Source of the DNA: Promethearchaeota archaeon
GTDB taxonomy: Archaea > Asgardarchaeota > Heimdallarchaeia > Hodarchaeales > Hodarchaeaceae
DNA: 24,000 nt
Assembly: GCA_048938105.1 (NCBI GenBank)
Contig: JBHLMN010000007.1
Span: 182,923-206,922 of the forward strand
Reading direction: 5' to 3'
The number at the start of each line of letters is the position of its first letter. Position 1 is the stretch's first letter. The notes below the pieces were generated by a model. It had not been told where the DNA came from. It ran no database searches and saw only the letters and a program-made list of their open reading frames with translations. Below, piece after piece: positions 1-7,704 of the stretch. Position numbers and translations under genes: made by a program.

Positions 1-483
1 ATCATAAATCGACTTAAATCCCGTATGAGGAATCACTTCAGGATCGTCTAACTTTTCGTCTAGAGTTGGAATTGCATAAAGAGTCTCAATTCCATGTGCC
101 TGACACTGTTCTATCACAAGGGGTAATATTGATTTTATCAATCCTCTTTGACGAAATCCTTGTTTAATGAAATAACATGAAATTATTTTGACATTATCAG
201 ACTCTTTTGGTTTTATTATGGATGTTAATGCATTAGAACATTTGGGTTCAACACATTGACACCATCCAACGGGTTGATCATTGTAATAATAGATGTAACC
301 ATCAGAACATGTCTTGATAAAATCACTACGCCATTGTTTTGAATCTTCTACATTAATGTTTTCCCAATCAATATCTTCACGTATAAAGCAGGTACATTGA
401 TATGCTTCCCATTTATCATTGACAAATAAACTCTGAAAATCAGTCATTGTAGACTCTGTTAATGGTTTTATATAATCACTCAT
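1..483 (-). CDS. GNAT-family N-acetyltransferase (partial; C-terminus runs off the left edge)
   Basis: The frame is open from the ATG (complement of 481-483) to position 1, with no stop in my manual translation: MSDYIKPLTESTMTDFQSLFVNDKWEAYQCTCF...CYFIKQGFRQRGLIKSILPLVIEQCQAHGIETLYAIPTLDEK...HTGFKSIYD. FRQRGLIKS resembles the GNAT motif A acetyl-CoA loop (Q/R-x-x-G-x-G/A). An AGGTG Shine-Dalgarno-like box lies about 8 nt upstream of the ATG. The ORF is missing from the supplied track because it is edge-truncated. Confidence 0.7.
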   Translation of the reverse strand, partial: MSDYIKPLTESTMTDFQSLFVNDKWEAYQCTCFIREDIDWENINVEDSKQWRSDFIKTCSDGYIYYYNDQPVGWCQCVEPKCSNALTSIIKPKESDNVKIISCYFIKQGFRQRGLIKSILPLVIEQCQAHGIETLYAIPTLDEKLDDPEVIPHTGFKSIYD

Positions 484-543
484 CTTAAAAACACCTACAA
501 TAGTGATTTTTTGATAATAGGTTCATAATCTTAATCAATTCTC

Positions 544-566
544 ACATGAAATGTTAAATTTCATGT
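544..566. repeat. Perfect 9-bp inverted repeat ACATGAAAT-N5-ATTTCATGT, in the intergenic region upstream of the GNAT gene
   Basis: Read directly: 544-552 ACATGAAAT, spacer GTTAA, 558-566 ATTTCATGT. It lies about 60-80 nt upstream of the GNAT start, so it could be a regulator binding site. Function is unknown. Confidence 0.35.
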
Positions 567-659
567 CTATCAAAACTAAATTCTATCCTTGATATGATTT
601 ATTACAGTGCCAAAATTTAAAATAGTTCTATAAAAGGTAAAACTTCTACTTTAGAAATG

Positions 660-696
660 AAAAAAAGGAGGAAAACACCCTTTCAATAGGGAAAGG
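660..696 (-). terminator. Hairpin plus oligo-U terminator-like element downstream of the surface protein gene
   Basis: The minus-strand transcript after the stop (714-716) reads CCUUUC-CCUAUU-GAAAGG. This is a 6-bp stem (679-684 paired with 691-696). It is followed by GUGUUUUCCUCCUUUUUUU, which includes the complement of the 7-A run at 660-666. Archaeal termination uses oligo-U tracts. Confidence 0.45.
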
Positions 697-713
697 ATGT
701 TATTTTAGCTCAT

Positions 714-3713
714 TTAACGTCTTCTTCGCAAAAAAACAAGAATTAATAACATGGTTGAACCTACTATTAAATAAGAAAACCCTGGTGATACATTAGGCTG
801 TTCACTAGTCGTTGTTGAGGTGGATTCTGGCTCTGTCGTAGTAGGTTTCGTAGTTGTAGGTGGAATTGTAGTTGTAGGTCCGCTGGATTCAGGCTCAGGT
901 ATCTCAACTGTGAACCAAATAACAATAGATTTACCAGTATTACCCATAAGATCGCTGGCATAGAGAACAATCCTATGTGAACCTTCTGATAATGACTCTA
1001 ACAAAGTGTTCCCTGTGATAGTCACATTAATGGATCTATCGAGAGAGTACCCGATCCAGGAAGTGGGTTCGTCGATTGTGAAATTAAGCCATATGTCAGT
1101 CATGTTATATGTTGTACTATTGGTCGGATTGGTTAAGATTATACTTGGAGCAAGAGTGTCCACTGTGAACCAAACAGTGCTAGATTCACCAGTATTACCC
1201 ACAAGATCAGTTGCATAGAGAACAACCCTATGTGAACCTTCTGATAATGACCCTAACAAAGTGTTCTCTATGATAGTCCCATTAGCAGATCCATCAAGAG
1301 AGTACCCAATCCATGATGTAGGTTCATTAATTGAGAAATTTAACCAGATGTTACTTTCTGCATAAGAACTATTGGTTGGACTGATGATGACAATTTCTGG
1401 TGAAATTGGGTCAAAAAATTGGCCCCAAGTTCGGAATTCAAAGTCGAAATCTAGAAGTGGCGAACTGCTAACACCACGATAATAATTAGATCCTGAATAT
1501 CCACGCCAAAAATATCGATTATCGACATTGGGAGATGGGCTATCACTCCAAACATAGATGAAATAGGATTGACCTGGAATCAGGGAGAGCGATGAAGGTA
1601 CTAAAATAGGAACCCAACCTGTGACACTATCTGCTTCTAACACAGTGGTTTGCCATAGGGTATTTTGGCCATCAGTGATGTTAACCAGCACATTCCCAGG
1701 ATTTCCATTTTTCTGCAGATAGAGATCAATTTGAGTAAGATTAGCATACAAGGGAACAAATTCTTGCCACTGAATAACTGTCTCCTCAAACCAATAACCG
1801 TAGTTTAATCCATCTTGTGCCTGATCTAGATATACACTTCTATCACAGACCAAACTTACTGTTCTAAATGTGAAATCAAAATCTGGAGCTGAAGTAATAC
1901 TACTAATACCTCGTGTATAATTAGAGTTAAGATGTCCATCCCAAAAATAGCGATTACTTGCAGATGCGGAATCTGTATCACTCCCTACGTAAATATAATA
2001 GGACTGATCTGGAATCAAAGGGATTGTTAAATTTGTTGGAATAATTACCCATCCGCCAGTAATATCAGCTTCTGATAGAAGAGTCTGCCATATAGTTTTT
2101 TGACCATCGGTAATATTTACTAACATGTTTCCAGGATTTCCCGATTTTTGGATGTTGAGATCTATCTGAGTTAGAGTAGGATAAAAGGGTTTAAACTCTT
2201 GCCATCGAATAACTGTGTCATCAAACCAATATCCATAATCCTCTTCTTCTTGTACTTGATCTAAGAATAAACTAATATCACTTGATTGAGTCCATACCCG
2301 AAAAGCATAATCATAGGTCGGCCAACCTGATTGGACATTGGTGTCACCAAAGGTATAACTGGAAGTTATATGACCCATCCAAGCATAATAATGTGTTCCT
2401 GGAACGTGAGGATCCACACTACGGACATAAATGTAATATGAATTACCTGGAATTAAGGGAAGGGTTGATGGGAAAGAAATACTTACCCAACCTCCAGGCG
2501 CGGGAATCTCTGCTTCTAAGATAGTGGTATTCCAGATGGTAGCTTGACCATCTGTGATATTGACTAGAACATCCCCAGGGTCACCTGTCCTCTGGATATT
2601 AAGATCAAGTTGAGTTAATGTTGAAAATACTGGTTTAAATTCTTGCCATGCATTCCATGAATCACTAAAAACAAACCCATAATTCACATCTTCCTGTGCT
2701 TGATCAAGGTAGGTAGCTGGATCACTGGGAATACTCCATGTTCTAAATGCAAAATCGAACGTTGGCCAACCAGCTGCTACGCTATTTGTCCCACGATAAT
2801 AATTTGAATTAGTGCTACCGTCCCAGAAATATTTATCCGTTGTGGTACTATTAGTATCACTATTTACATAAATAAAATAGGATCGTTCTGGAATCAGAGG
2901 GAGTGCAGGATTTATTGATATATTTAACCAACCCCAAGGAAGTACAATATCTGCTTCCAACACAGTAGTGTGCCACAAAGTCCTTTCTCCATCTGAAATG
3001 TTAACTAATAAATTCCCTGGATTCCCATTTTTAACAATATAGAGATCTAAACGTGTCAAAGTTGAATATAATGGTTTGAATTCTTGCCAGCGGAATCCGT
3101 TAGCGTCAAACAAAAACCCATATGTATGTGAATTCTGGATTTGATCTAAATAGATTTCTCTGTCATTTGAGAGACTCCATGTTACAAATGTGAAATCAAA
3201 ATCTGGAGCTGAAGTAATACTACTAATACCTCGTGTATAATTAGAGTTAAGATGTCCATCCCAAACATAGCGATTACTTGGTGAAGTGGAATCTATATCA
3301 CTCCTTACGTAGATGTAATATGACTGCTCTGGGATCAAGGGAAGAGCTGATTCCAGTGAGATATTCACCCATATGGCTCCACTGGCAATATCTGCTTCTA
3401 AAACAGTAGTATTCCAAAGACTTTTGAGGCCATCAGTAATATTGACGAGGATATTTCCAGGATTACCATTCTTATCAACATTTAGATCTAGGCGAGTTAA
3501 AGTAGAATAAAGTGGTCTGAACTCTTGCCAGCGAATTGCTGTGTCATCAAACCAATAGCCGTAGTTCTCTTCCCCCTGCGTTTGGTCTAGATCTTCACCA
3601 ATCTCATATGCACCTAGTGTTTGAATTGCAGATAAACCAGATAAAATTAATGAGAACATTACTAAAATCATAAAATTTGATTTTTTTTGTCTTTTGTTAA
3701 AGAATTTTAGCAT
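714..3713 (-). CDS. Secreted cell-surface (S-layer-like) glycoprotein built from repeats, with a C-terminal PGF-CTERM archaeosortase sorting signal
   Basis: 999-aa ORF with an ATG start and GGAGAT about 9 nt upstream. Architecture, N- to C-terminus:
- Signal peptide: MLKFFNKRQKKSNFMILVMFSLILSGLSAIQTLGA.
- Five tandem 147-aa repeats.
- Two Ig-like repeats of about 84 aa.
- Thr/Pro/Ser/Glu-rich linker: GPTTTIPPTTTKPTTTEPESTSTTTSEQ.
- C-terminus: SPGFSYLIVGSTMLLILVFLRRRR (PGF motif, hydrophobic helix, Arg cluster).
I count about 20 N-x-S/T sequons. Confidence 0.9.
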   Translation of the reverse strand: MLKFFNKRQKKSNFMILVMFSLILSGLSAIQTLGAYEIGEDLDQTQGEENYGYWFDDTAIRWQEFRPLYSTLTRLDLNVDKNGNPGNILVNITDGLKSLWNTTVLEADIASGAIWVNISLESALPLIPEQSYYIYVRSDIDSTSPSNRYVWDGHLNSNYTRGISSITSAPDFDFTFVTWSLSNDREIYLDQIQNSHTYGFLFDANGFRWQEFKPLYSTLTRLDLYIVKNGNPGNLLVNISDGERTLWHTTVLEADIVLPWGWLNISINPALPLIPERSYFIYVNSDTNSTTTDKYFWDGSTNSNYYRGTNSVAAGWPTFDFAFRTWSIPSDPATYLDQAQEDVNYGFVFSDSWNAWQEFKPVFSTLTQLDLNIQRTGDPGDVLVNITDGQATIWNTTILEAEIPAPGGWVSISFPSTLPLIPGNSYYIYVRSVDPHVPGTHYYAWMGHITSSYTFGDTNVQSGWPTYDYAFRVWTQSSDISLFLDQVQEEEDYGYWFDDTVIRWQEFKPFYPTLTQIDLNIQKSGNPGNMLVNITDGQKTIWQTLLSEADITGGWVIIPTNLTIPLIPDQSYYIYVGSDTDSASASNRYFWDGHLNSNYTRGISSITSAPDFDFTFRTVSLVCDRSVYLDQAQDGLNYGYWFEETVIQWQEFVPLYANLTQIDLYLQKNGNPGNVLVNITDGQNTLWQTTVLEADSVTGWVPILVPSSLSLIPGQSYFIYVWSDSPSPNVDNRYFWRGYSGSNYYRGVSSSPLLDFDFEFRTWGQFFDPISPEIVIISPTNSSYAESNIWLNFSINEPTSWIGYSLDGSANGTIIENTLLGSLSEGSHRVVLYATDLVGNTGESSTVWFTVDTLAPSIILTNPTNSTTYNMTDIWLNFTIDEPTSWIGYSLDRSINVTITGNTLLESLSEGSHRIVLYASDLMGNTGKSIVIWFTVEIPEPESSGPTTTIPPTTTKPTTTEPESTSTTTSEQPNVSPGFSYLIVGSTMLLILVFLRRRR
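717..785 (-). other. PGF-CTERM-type sorting signal (last 23 codons of the surface protein)
   Basis: PGFSYLIVGSTMLLILVFLRRRR has the three expected parts: a Pro-Gly-Phe tripeptide, a hydrophobic segment of about 16 residues, and a basic tail. A Thr-rich linker precedes it. This matches the tripartite architecture described for archaeosortase A (ArtA) substrates. Confidence 0.7.
894..1397 (-). repeat. Two tandem coding repeats of about 84 aa (Ig-like beta-sandwich modules) in the surface protein
   Basis: Residues ~773-857 and ~858-940 align: SPTNSSYAESNIWLNFSINEPTSWIGYSLDGSANGTIIENTLLGSLSEGSHRVVLYATDLVGNTGESSTVWFTVD versus NPTNSTTYNMTDIWLNFTIDEPTSWIGYSLDRSINVTITGNTLLESLSEGSHRIVLYASDLMGNTGKSIVIWFTVE. 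At DNA level, 951-1020 versus 1206-1275 (offset 255 nt) are highly similar. Confidence 0.8.
1398..3596 (-). repeat. Five tandem coding repeats of 147 aa (441 nt) of an unrecognised domain
   Basis: The LDQ anchor recurs at residues 42, 189, 336, 483 and 629, giving periods of 147, 147, 147 and 146. The consensus is roughly YLDQxQxxxxYGYxFxDxxxxWQEFKPxYxTLTxxDLxxxKxGNPGNxLVNITDGxxxxWxTTVLEADIxxxGWVxIxxxxxLPLIPxxSYYIYVxSDxxxxxxxRYFWDGxxNSNYxRGxxSxxxxxDFDFxFRTWS. Confidence 0.9.
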
Positions 3714-3909
3714 ATTTATTATAATCTCCTTTCAAATAAAGTGTCGGGTTTGGACTTCTCTTTCTCGATGTTTAAAAAATTTACCAAATGAAGAATTTTC
3801 CATTATTTGAAAAATCATGGAATCCCAACACTAAAGAGTTTGGATTGATCTTTAGTAGTAAAGATAGTGCTACGAGAAAGTGAAAAAATAAGTGTTATGG
3901 GGAAAATTT

Positions 3910-4950
3910 ATGCCAATTAAAACCAATATTACTAAAATGTTGGGGATTAAACATCCTATTATTGCAGCACCAATGGCTCCTTTCCATACCACTGAGTTAA
4001 CTATTGCTGTTTCTGAAGCGGGGGGATTAGGCGTACTCTCTCAAATTGGCCTCCTAGACGAAGACAGAAATCCTGTTGATGAAATGAAAAAGAATATGCT
4101 ATATATTGTTGATCATACAGACAAGCCATTTGGATTTAATGTTCGAACTTCTAGATTAGAACCCTTTGCATCTGCTTTATGCTCAGAAATCCCTAAATTT
4201 ATTCTAGAGAATCAAAGAATTAGAGAGCAGTGTGTATATGCTTTAACAAGCGCAGGATCAGCAAAACCACTTCCAAGTTCTAGATCTTTTCAGGAGTTGA
4301 AAAAGAATTCTCAGATTCAGCATTTTCATGTTGCACCAGCCTTATGGTTAGCTGAAAAATGTGTGGCTGCTGGAGTAGACGGATTAGTAGTTACAGGTAA
4401 TGAGGGGGGTGGACACCAATCATATGAAAAAGTGAGTACCTTGGTGCTTCTTCAGCAAGTACAGCAACAATTTCCAGACATACCACGAATTGCTTGTGGT
4501 GGATTTGCTTCAGGTGAGGGATTAGCTGCTGCTCTATCACTTGGGGCAGGTGCAATAGCGATGGGATCCCGATTTATTGCTTCCAGAGAATGTGAATTTC
4601 ATGATACATATAAAAGCGTTATTCCACCTGCTAAAGCTCAAGACACCATACTGGTTACAGGAATATTAGGGCCTATTCGTCTCTGGAAGAATAAATATAG
4701 TCTTCATCACGATTTGGTCGCTAATCGAGAAGAAAAATTGGTTAAAGAATCAAGAATGGCCACTGAAGAACTTGCATCAGCTGCAAGGGCATATGACTTG
4801 GCTTATCAGGGGAATGTAGAGGATGGAGCTGTTCTTCTAGGCCAATCGATCGGTCTGATAAATAGGATTGAAAGAGTGTCAGATATAATTGAAAGAATAG
4901 TGAAAGACGCTGAAAAAGCTATCAAAAAGGCAAAAAGTTATTTTAACTGA
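3910..4950 (+). CDS. Nitronate monooxygenase / enoyl-ACP reductase II (FabK)-like FMN-dependent TIM-barrel oxidoreductase
   Basis: The N-terminus ITKMLGIKHPIIAAPMAPFHTTELTIAVSEAGGLGVLS is typical of the NMO/2-nitropropane dioxygenase family. Also present are VVTGNEGGGHQS (the G-x-E-A/G-G-G-H motif) and GAGAIAMGSRFIAS. The track ORF starts at GTG 3892. I prefer the in-frame ATG at 3910 (MPIKTNITK...). Confidence 0.8.
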   Translation: MPIKTNITKMLGIKHPIIAAPMAPFHTTELTIAVSEAGGLGVLSQIGLLDEDRNPVDEMKKNMLYIVDHTDKPFGFNVRTSRLEPFASALCSEIPKFILENQRIREQCVYALTSAGSAKPLPSSRSFQELKKNSQIQHFHVAPALWLAEKCVAAGVDGLVVTGNEGGGHQSYEKVSTLVLLQQVQQQFPDIPRIACGGFASGEGLAAALSLGAGAIAMGSRFIASRECEFHDTYKSVIPPAKAQDTILVTGILGPIRLWKNKYSLHHDLVANREEKLVKESRMATEELASAARAYDLAYQGNVEDGAVLLGQSIGLINRIERVSDIIERIVKDAEKAIKKAKSYFN

Positions 4951-5063
4951 AATAACCGTATCCCTTTTTAGAATTATTAAAACCATGAGAAATTAGATCA
5001 CTCATCAACCATCAAATCCATTTTTTTATACCTCTTACTAAAGAACTTCCAGCTATTGGTCTT

Positions 5064-7028
5064 TCAAGTATTTTGAAAAAGAACCTGGTGAAAAAAGGCT
5101 GCTTCTCTTGTCAATGCATCAATATTATTTTCCTTTTTCCTAAAACCATGAGCCTCTCCTTCATATTCAATGTACTCATTAAGGATTCCTTTTTCTTTAA
5201 GAATCTCTGCCACCTCACGAGATACTTCAGGTACGACAACTTTATCATCTTTACCTTGAAATAAAATCATCGGTGATTTTAATCTATCTAAGTGATTAAT
5301 TGGTGAACGTTCTTTGTAGATTTGTTCACCCTCAGGATCGGACAGAGGTTTTCCCATTAACCAATCAATGTATCTTGATTCAAATTTATGAATTAGTTTA
5401 GTTAGAGTGATTAAATTCCCAATTCCATAATAACTCGCTCCTACTTGAAATGTATCTGGGAATAATGTTAATACACGTTGTACTGCATATCCTCCTGCGC
5501 TTCCTCCTGTGATAGCTACTTTTTGAGTAACAATTCCTTGTTGCAGTAGGTAATCAACGGCATCTTTAATGTCTTGAGCATCGATGACACCCCATGTTCC
5601 TTTTAATGCGTCTCTATACTGTCTTCCATAAGATGTACTTCCTCGATAATCAAGATCAATGATAGCATATCCTTGATTAGTCCAAAACTGCTTTGTTAAT
5701 GTATACCCTCTCTTTGCTCTTGCGGTAGGCCCTCCATGAACCATAACGATTAATGGTGGTTTGTCTCCTTCAGGGGCAATATAATTCTTATTTTTTGGCA
5801 AATATAATAGACCATAGGCTCTCTTTCCATCGGAAGTTGGATATTCAAGATGTTGAGGTATAGAGATGTCCTGTTCTGAAAGAGGATTTGTGAAACATGA
5901 TTTAATAATGTCATAAGTCATTGATTGAAGATCAAGCTTAACAAGAGTAGAAGGTTTATTGAAACTATTACCAAAAAATACAATTTCATGTTCCGAATAA
6001 GCCTGAATTCCATAATAGTCATCAAAAGGTGACTGGAGTGTTTCTAAAACCCTTGTTATAGGGTCGATTAAGGCAAGAAAGCTTTGCCCTTTCTTTTCAT
6101 AATTTGCTACAATTCGTCCACTACTAGGCAAAAAATCCCAGCTCATGAATCGAAAAACCCACATTGGTAATCCAAACTCTGCAAGTTCCTGTGTGATCGC
6201 TCTTATTTCACCATCATCATACTGGTAGAGATTCCACCAATTTTTCGGGCTTTCTTCTGGTTGACCCTCTTCGTCCATGACAAAGAAGACACTCCCGCTA
6301 CGGTTGAATCGAATTGCACCGACAGAAATCCCATTTCCCCCTATAATAATTTTCTCAGACCCTGGTACAATAGACTTGTCCTTAAAATCAGCCAGTACGA
6401 GTTCTGTGGAGTTCCATGGCATATTAGGATGATTAAATTGTATCCAAGCAATTTGCCTCCCATCTGGAGAGATTATAGGATCAAAATAGAAGTCTTTTCC
6501 TTCCACTATAACTGTAGGCTCTTGAATAACATTTTTAGTAATATCAAGGTAAGCAATATAGTTTTCATTCTCTTTTTCTACGAATTCTTTCTCATAAACA
6601 AAGATAAGCACATTCTCATCTGGGGTTAAAACTGGGGCTGCATATTTCCCTAAAGAGCCATCCTCATTTTTCTCGGGGGTTAATGGGACTGGTGATTCGT
6701 TTATTCCAATTTTTTTTTGATAGAGACGCTGATCATTGAAATTAACATAGAAGACATTCCTTTCACCTACCTCCCAACACATGCCACCATATTCATGAAC
6801 ACGAGTTCGGACATTTGCATCTGTAGGTAAGACATCAAAAACACCCCCCTTATCGTTTTGACAAACGAGGGCGACTCTACCATTCTCTGCAGGACGCAAT
6901 TCAGACCAATAGATATTATCATTAACAATTTTAATATCATTGAAAGATATTGTATCTTCAAAAACCTGTTCGGGTGTTATATTGGAAATCCATTCATGAT
7001 AAGGTTTCATCTGTTTATTTTTTACCAT
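5064..7028 (-). CDS. S9 (prolyl oligopeptidase family) serine peptidase, acylaminoacyl-peptidase / dipeptidyl-aminopeptidase-like
   Basis: A beta-propeller-like N-terminal region of about 400 aa is followed by an alpha/beta hydrolase domain. The nucleophile elbow is ITGGSAGGY (G-x-S-x-G-G). The acid is in FQGKDDKVV and the His is in YEGEAHGF. The maximal ORF begins at GTG 7040. The first ATG (7026-7028) gives MVKNKQMKPYHEW. Confidence 0.85.
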   Translation of the reverse strand: MVKNKQMKPYHEWISNITPEQVFEDTISFNDIKIVNDNIYWSELRPAENGRVALVCQNDKGGVFDVLPTDANVRTRVHEYGGMCWEVGERNVFYVNFNDQRLYQKKIGINESPVPLTPEKNEDGSLGKYAAPVLTPDENVLIFVYEKEFVEKENENYIAYLDITKNVIQEPTVIVEGKDFYFDPIISPDGRQIAWIQFNHPNMPWNSTELVLADFKDKSIVPGSEKIIIGGNGISVGAIRFNRSGSVFFVMDEEGQPEESPKNWWNLYQYDDGEIRAITQELAEFGLPMWVFRFMSWDFLPSSGRIVANYEKKGQSFLALIDPITRVLETLQSPFDDYYGIQAYSEHEIVFFGNSFNKPSTLVKLDLQSMTYDIIKSCFTNPLSEQDISIPQHLEYPTSDGKRAYGLLYLPKNKNYIAPEGDKPPLIVMVHGGPTARAKRGYTLTKQFWTNQGYAIIDLDYRGSTSYGRQYRDALKGTWGVIDAQDIKDAVDYLLQQGIVTQKVAITGGSAGGYAVQRVLTLFPDTFQVGASYYGIGNLITLTKLIHKFESRYIDWLMGKPLSDPEGEQIYKERSPINHLDRLKSPMILFQGKDDKVVVPEVSREVAEILKEKGILNEYIEYEGEAHGFRKKENNIDALTREAAFFHQVLFQNT

Positions 7029-7167
7029 CTTAAGCACCACGTAAGGAAGTCTTGTAGAATGTATGTTAATTCATGAAGCTTTTTACATGATTTTAATTGA
7101 AATTGGTTATTAATATATTAGACATATTTAGAATTATAATCCTAGAGCTGAAAAATCTGGATCCTCT

Positions 7168-7338
7168 TTAGTAGCTAAAATGTTGTTCATCTAATTTTTG
7201 ACACACATTATCAACTTTCACACGAGTATGGCTAACAGGAACAACTATATGACCATGTTCTGCTAATCCAATGGTAAGAGCTTCTCCTATTCCACTAGAT
7301 CCACCGAATATAACTATAACATTCTCATTGGTTTTCAA
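7168..7338 (-). pseudogene. Truncated short-chain dehydrogenase/reductase (SDR) remnant covering only the N-terminal Rossmann beta1-alpha1-beta2
   Basis: It encodes (TTG)KTNENVIVIFGGSSGIGEALTIGLAEHGHIVVPVSHTRVKVDNVCQKLDEQHFSY-stop, about 56 aa. GGSSGIGEA is the SDR T-G-x-x-x-G-I-G cofactor motif. A GGAGGA box lies 6 nt before the TTG. Full-length SDRs are about 250 aa. I found no continuation in the other minus-strand frames downstream (7041-7167). Confidence 0.55.
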
Positions 7339-7704
7339 ATACAATCCTCCAATAAATTGTGCTTCAAAACACAAAATAGATGATAAGATTTTTCTTCATT
7401 GATATTGAATCCTTTGCTGTGATAATTTCCATCTTCTTTGCTTTATTCAACCATTCTTCTATTTCTTCTCTAATAAAGGGCCAAGATTCGCTCAATATGA
7501 AAACCTTTATGAATTCTAGATTAATGTTTCACTTTCTACTTCTCAATTAGCTATAATTTCACATGTTAATCTGTTCCAGATCAAAATATAGATAAAATAT
7601 GCCAAATGATATGGGAGCTCTATAAAAATAATAAACATAATCTTCGCTTAGAAATATTCCTCTCGGAAATCCAAAAATAAATATCCTATTTATGTGATAA
7701 AATT

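Noticed and set aside
660-671. Plus-strand AAAAAAAGGAGG, which looks like a strong Shine-Dalgarno sequence
   Set aside because: No plus-strand start codon or ORF follows it. It is better explained as the complement of the U-rich tail of the minus-strand terminator after the surface protein gene.
767-2524. Short ORFs inside or antisense to the surface protein gene (767-970 minus, 1006-1218 plus, 2282-2524 plus)
   Set aside because: They are fully nested in the 999-aa ORF, which has strong repeat and signal-peptide support. They have low-complexity or odd composition and no motifs.
714-3713. Regular 441-nt and ~255-nt periodicity that could suggest a repeat array or CRISPR-like structure
   Set aside because: The periodicity lies entirely within one long open reading frame and corresponds to protein domain repeats. 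There are no short direct repeats with unique spacers anywhere in the window.
3892-3909. GTG start at 3892 for the NMO-like gene (MLWGKF extension)
   Set aside because: An in-frame ATG six codons downstream gives a family-typical N-terminus (MPIKTNITKMLGIKHPII). The extension cannot be excluded without experimental data.
5073-7076. Antisense or alternative-frame ORFs across the S9 peptidase gene (5073-5264, 6261-6629, 6767-6961, 6858-7076)
   Set aside because: They overlap a well-supported 650-aa peptidase with an intact catalytic triad. AT-rich antisense frames commonly stay open by chance.
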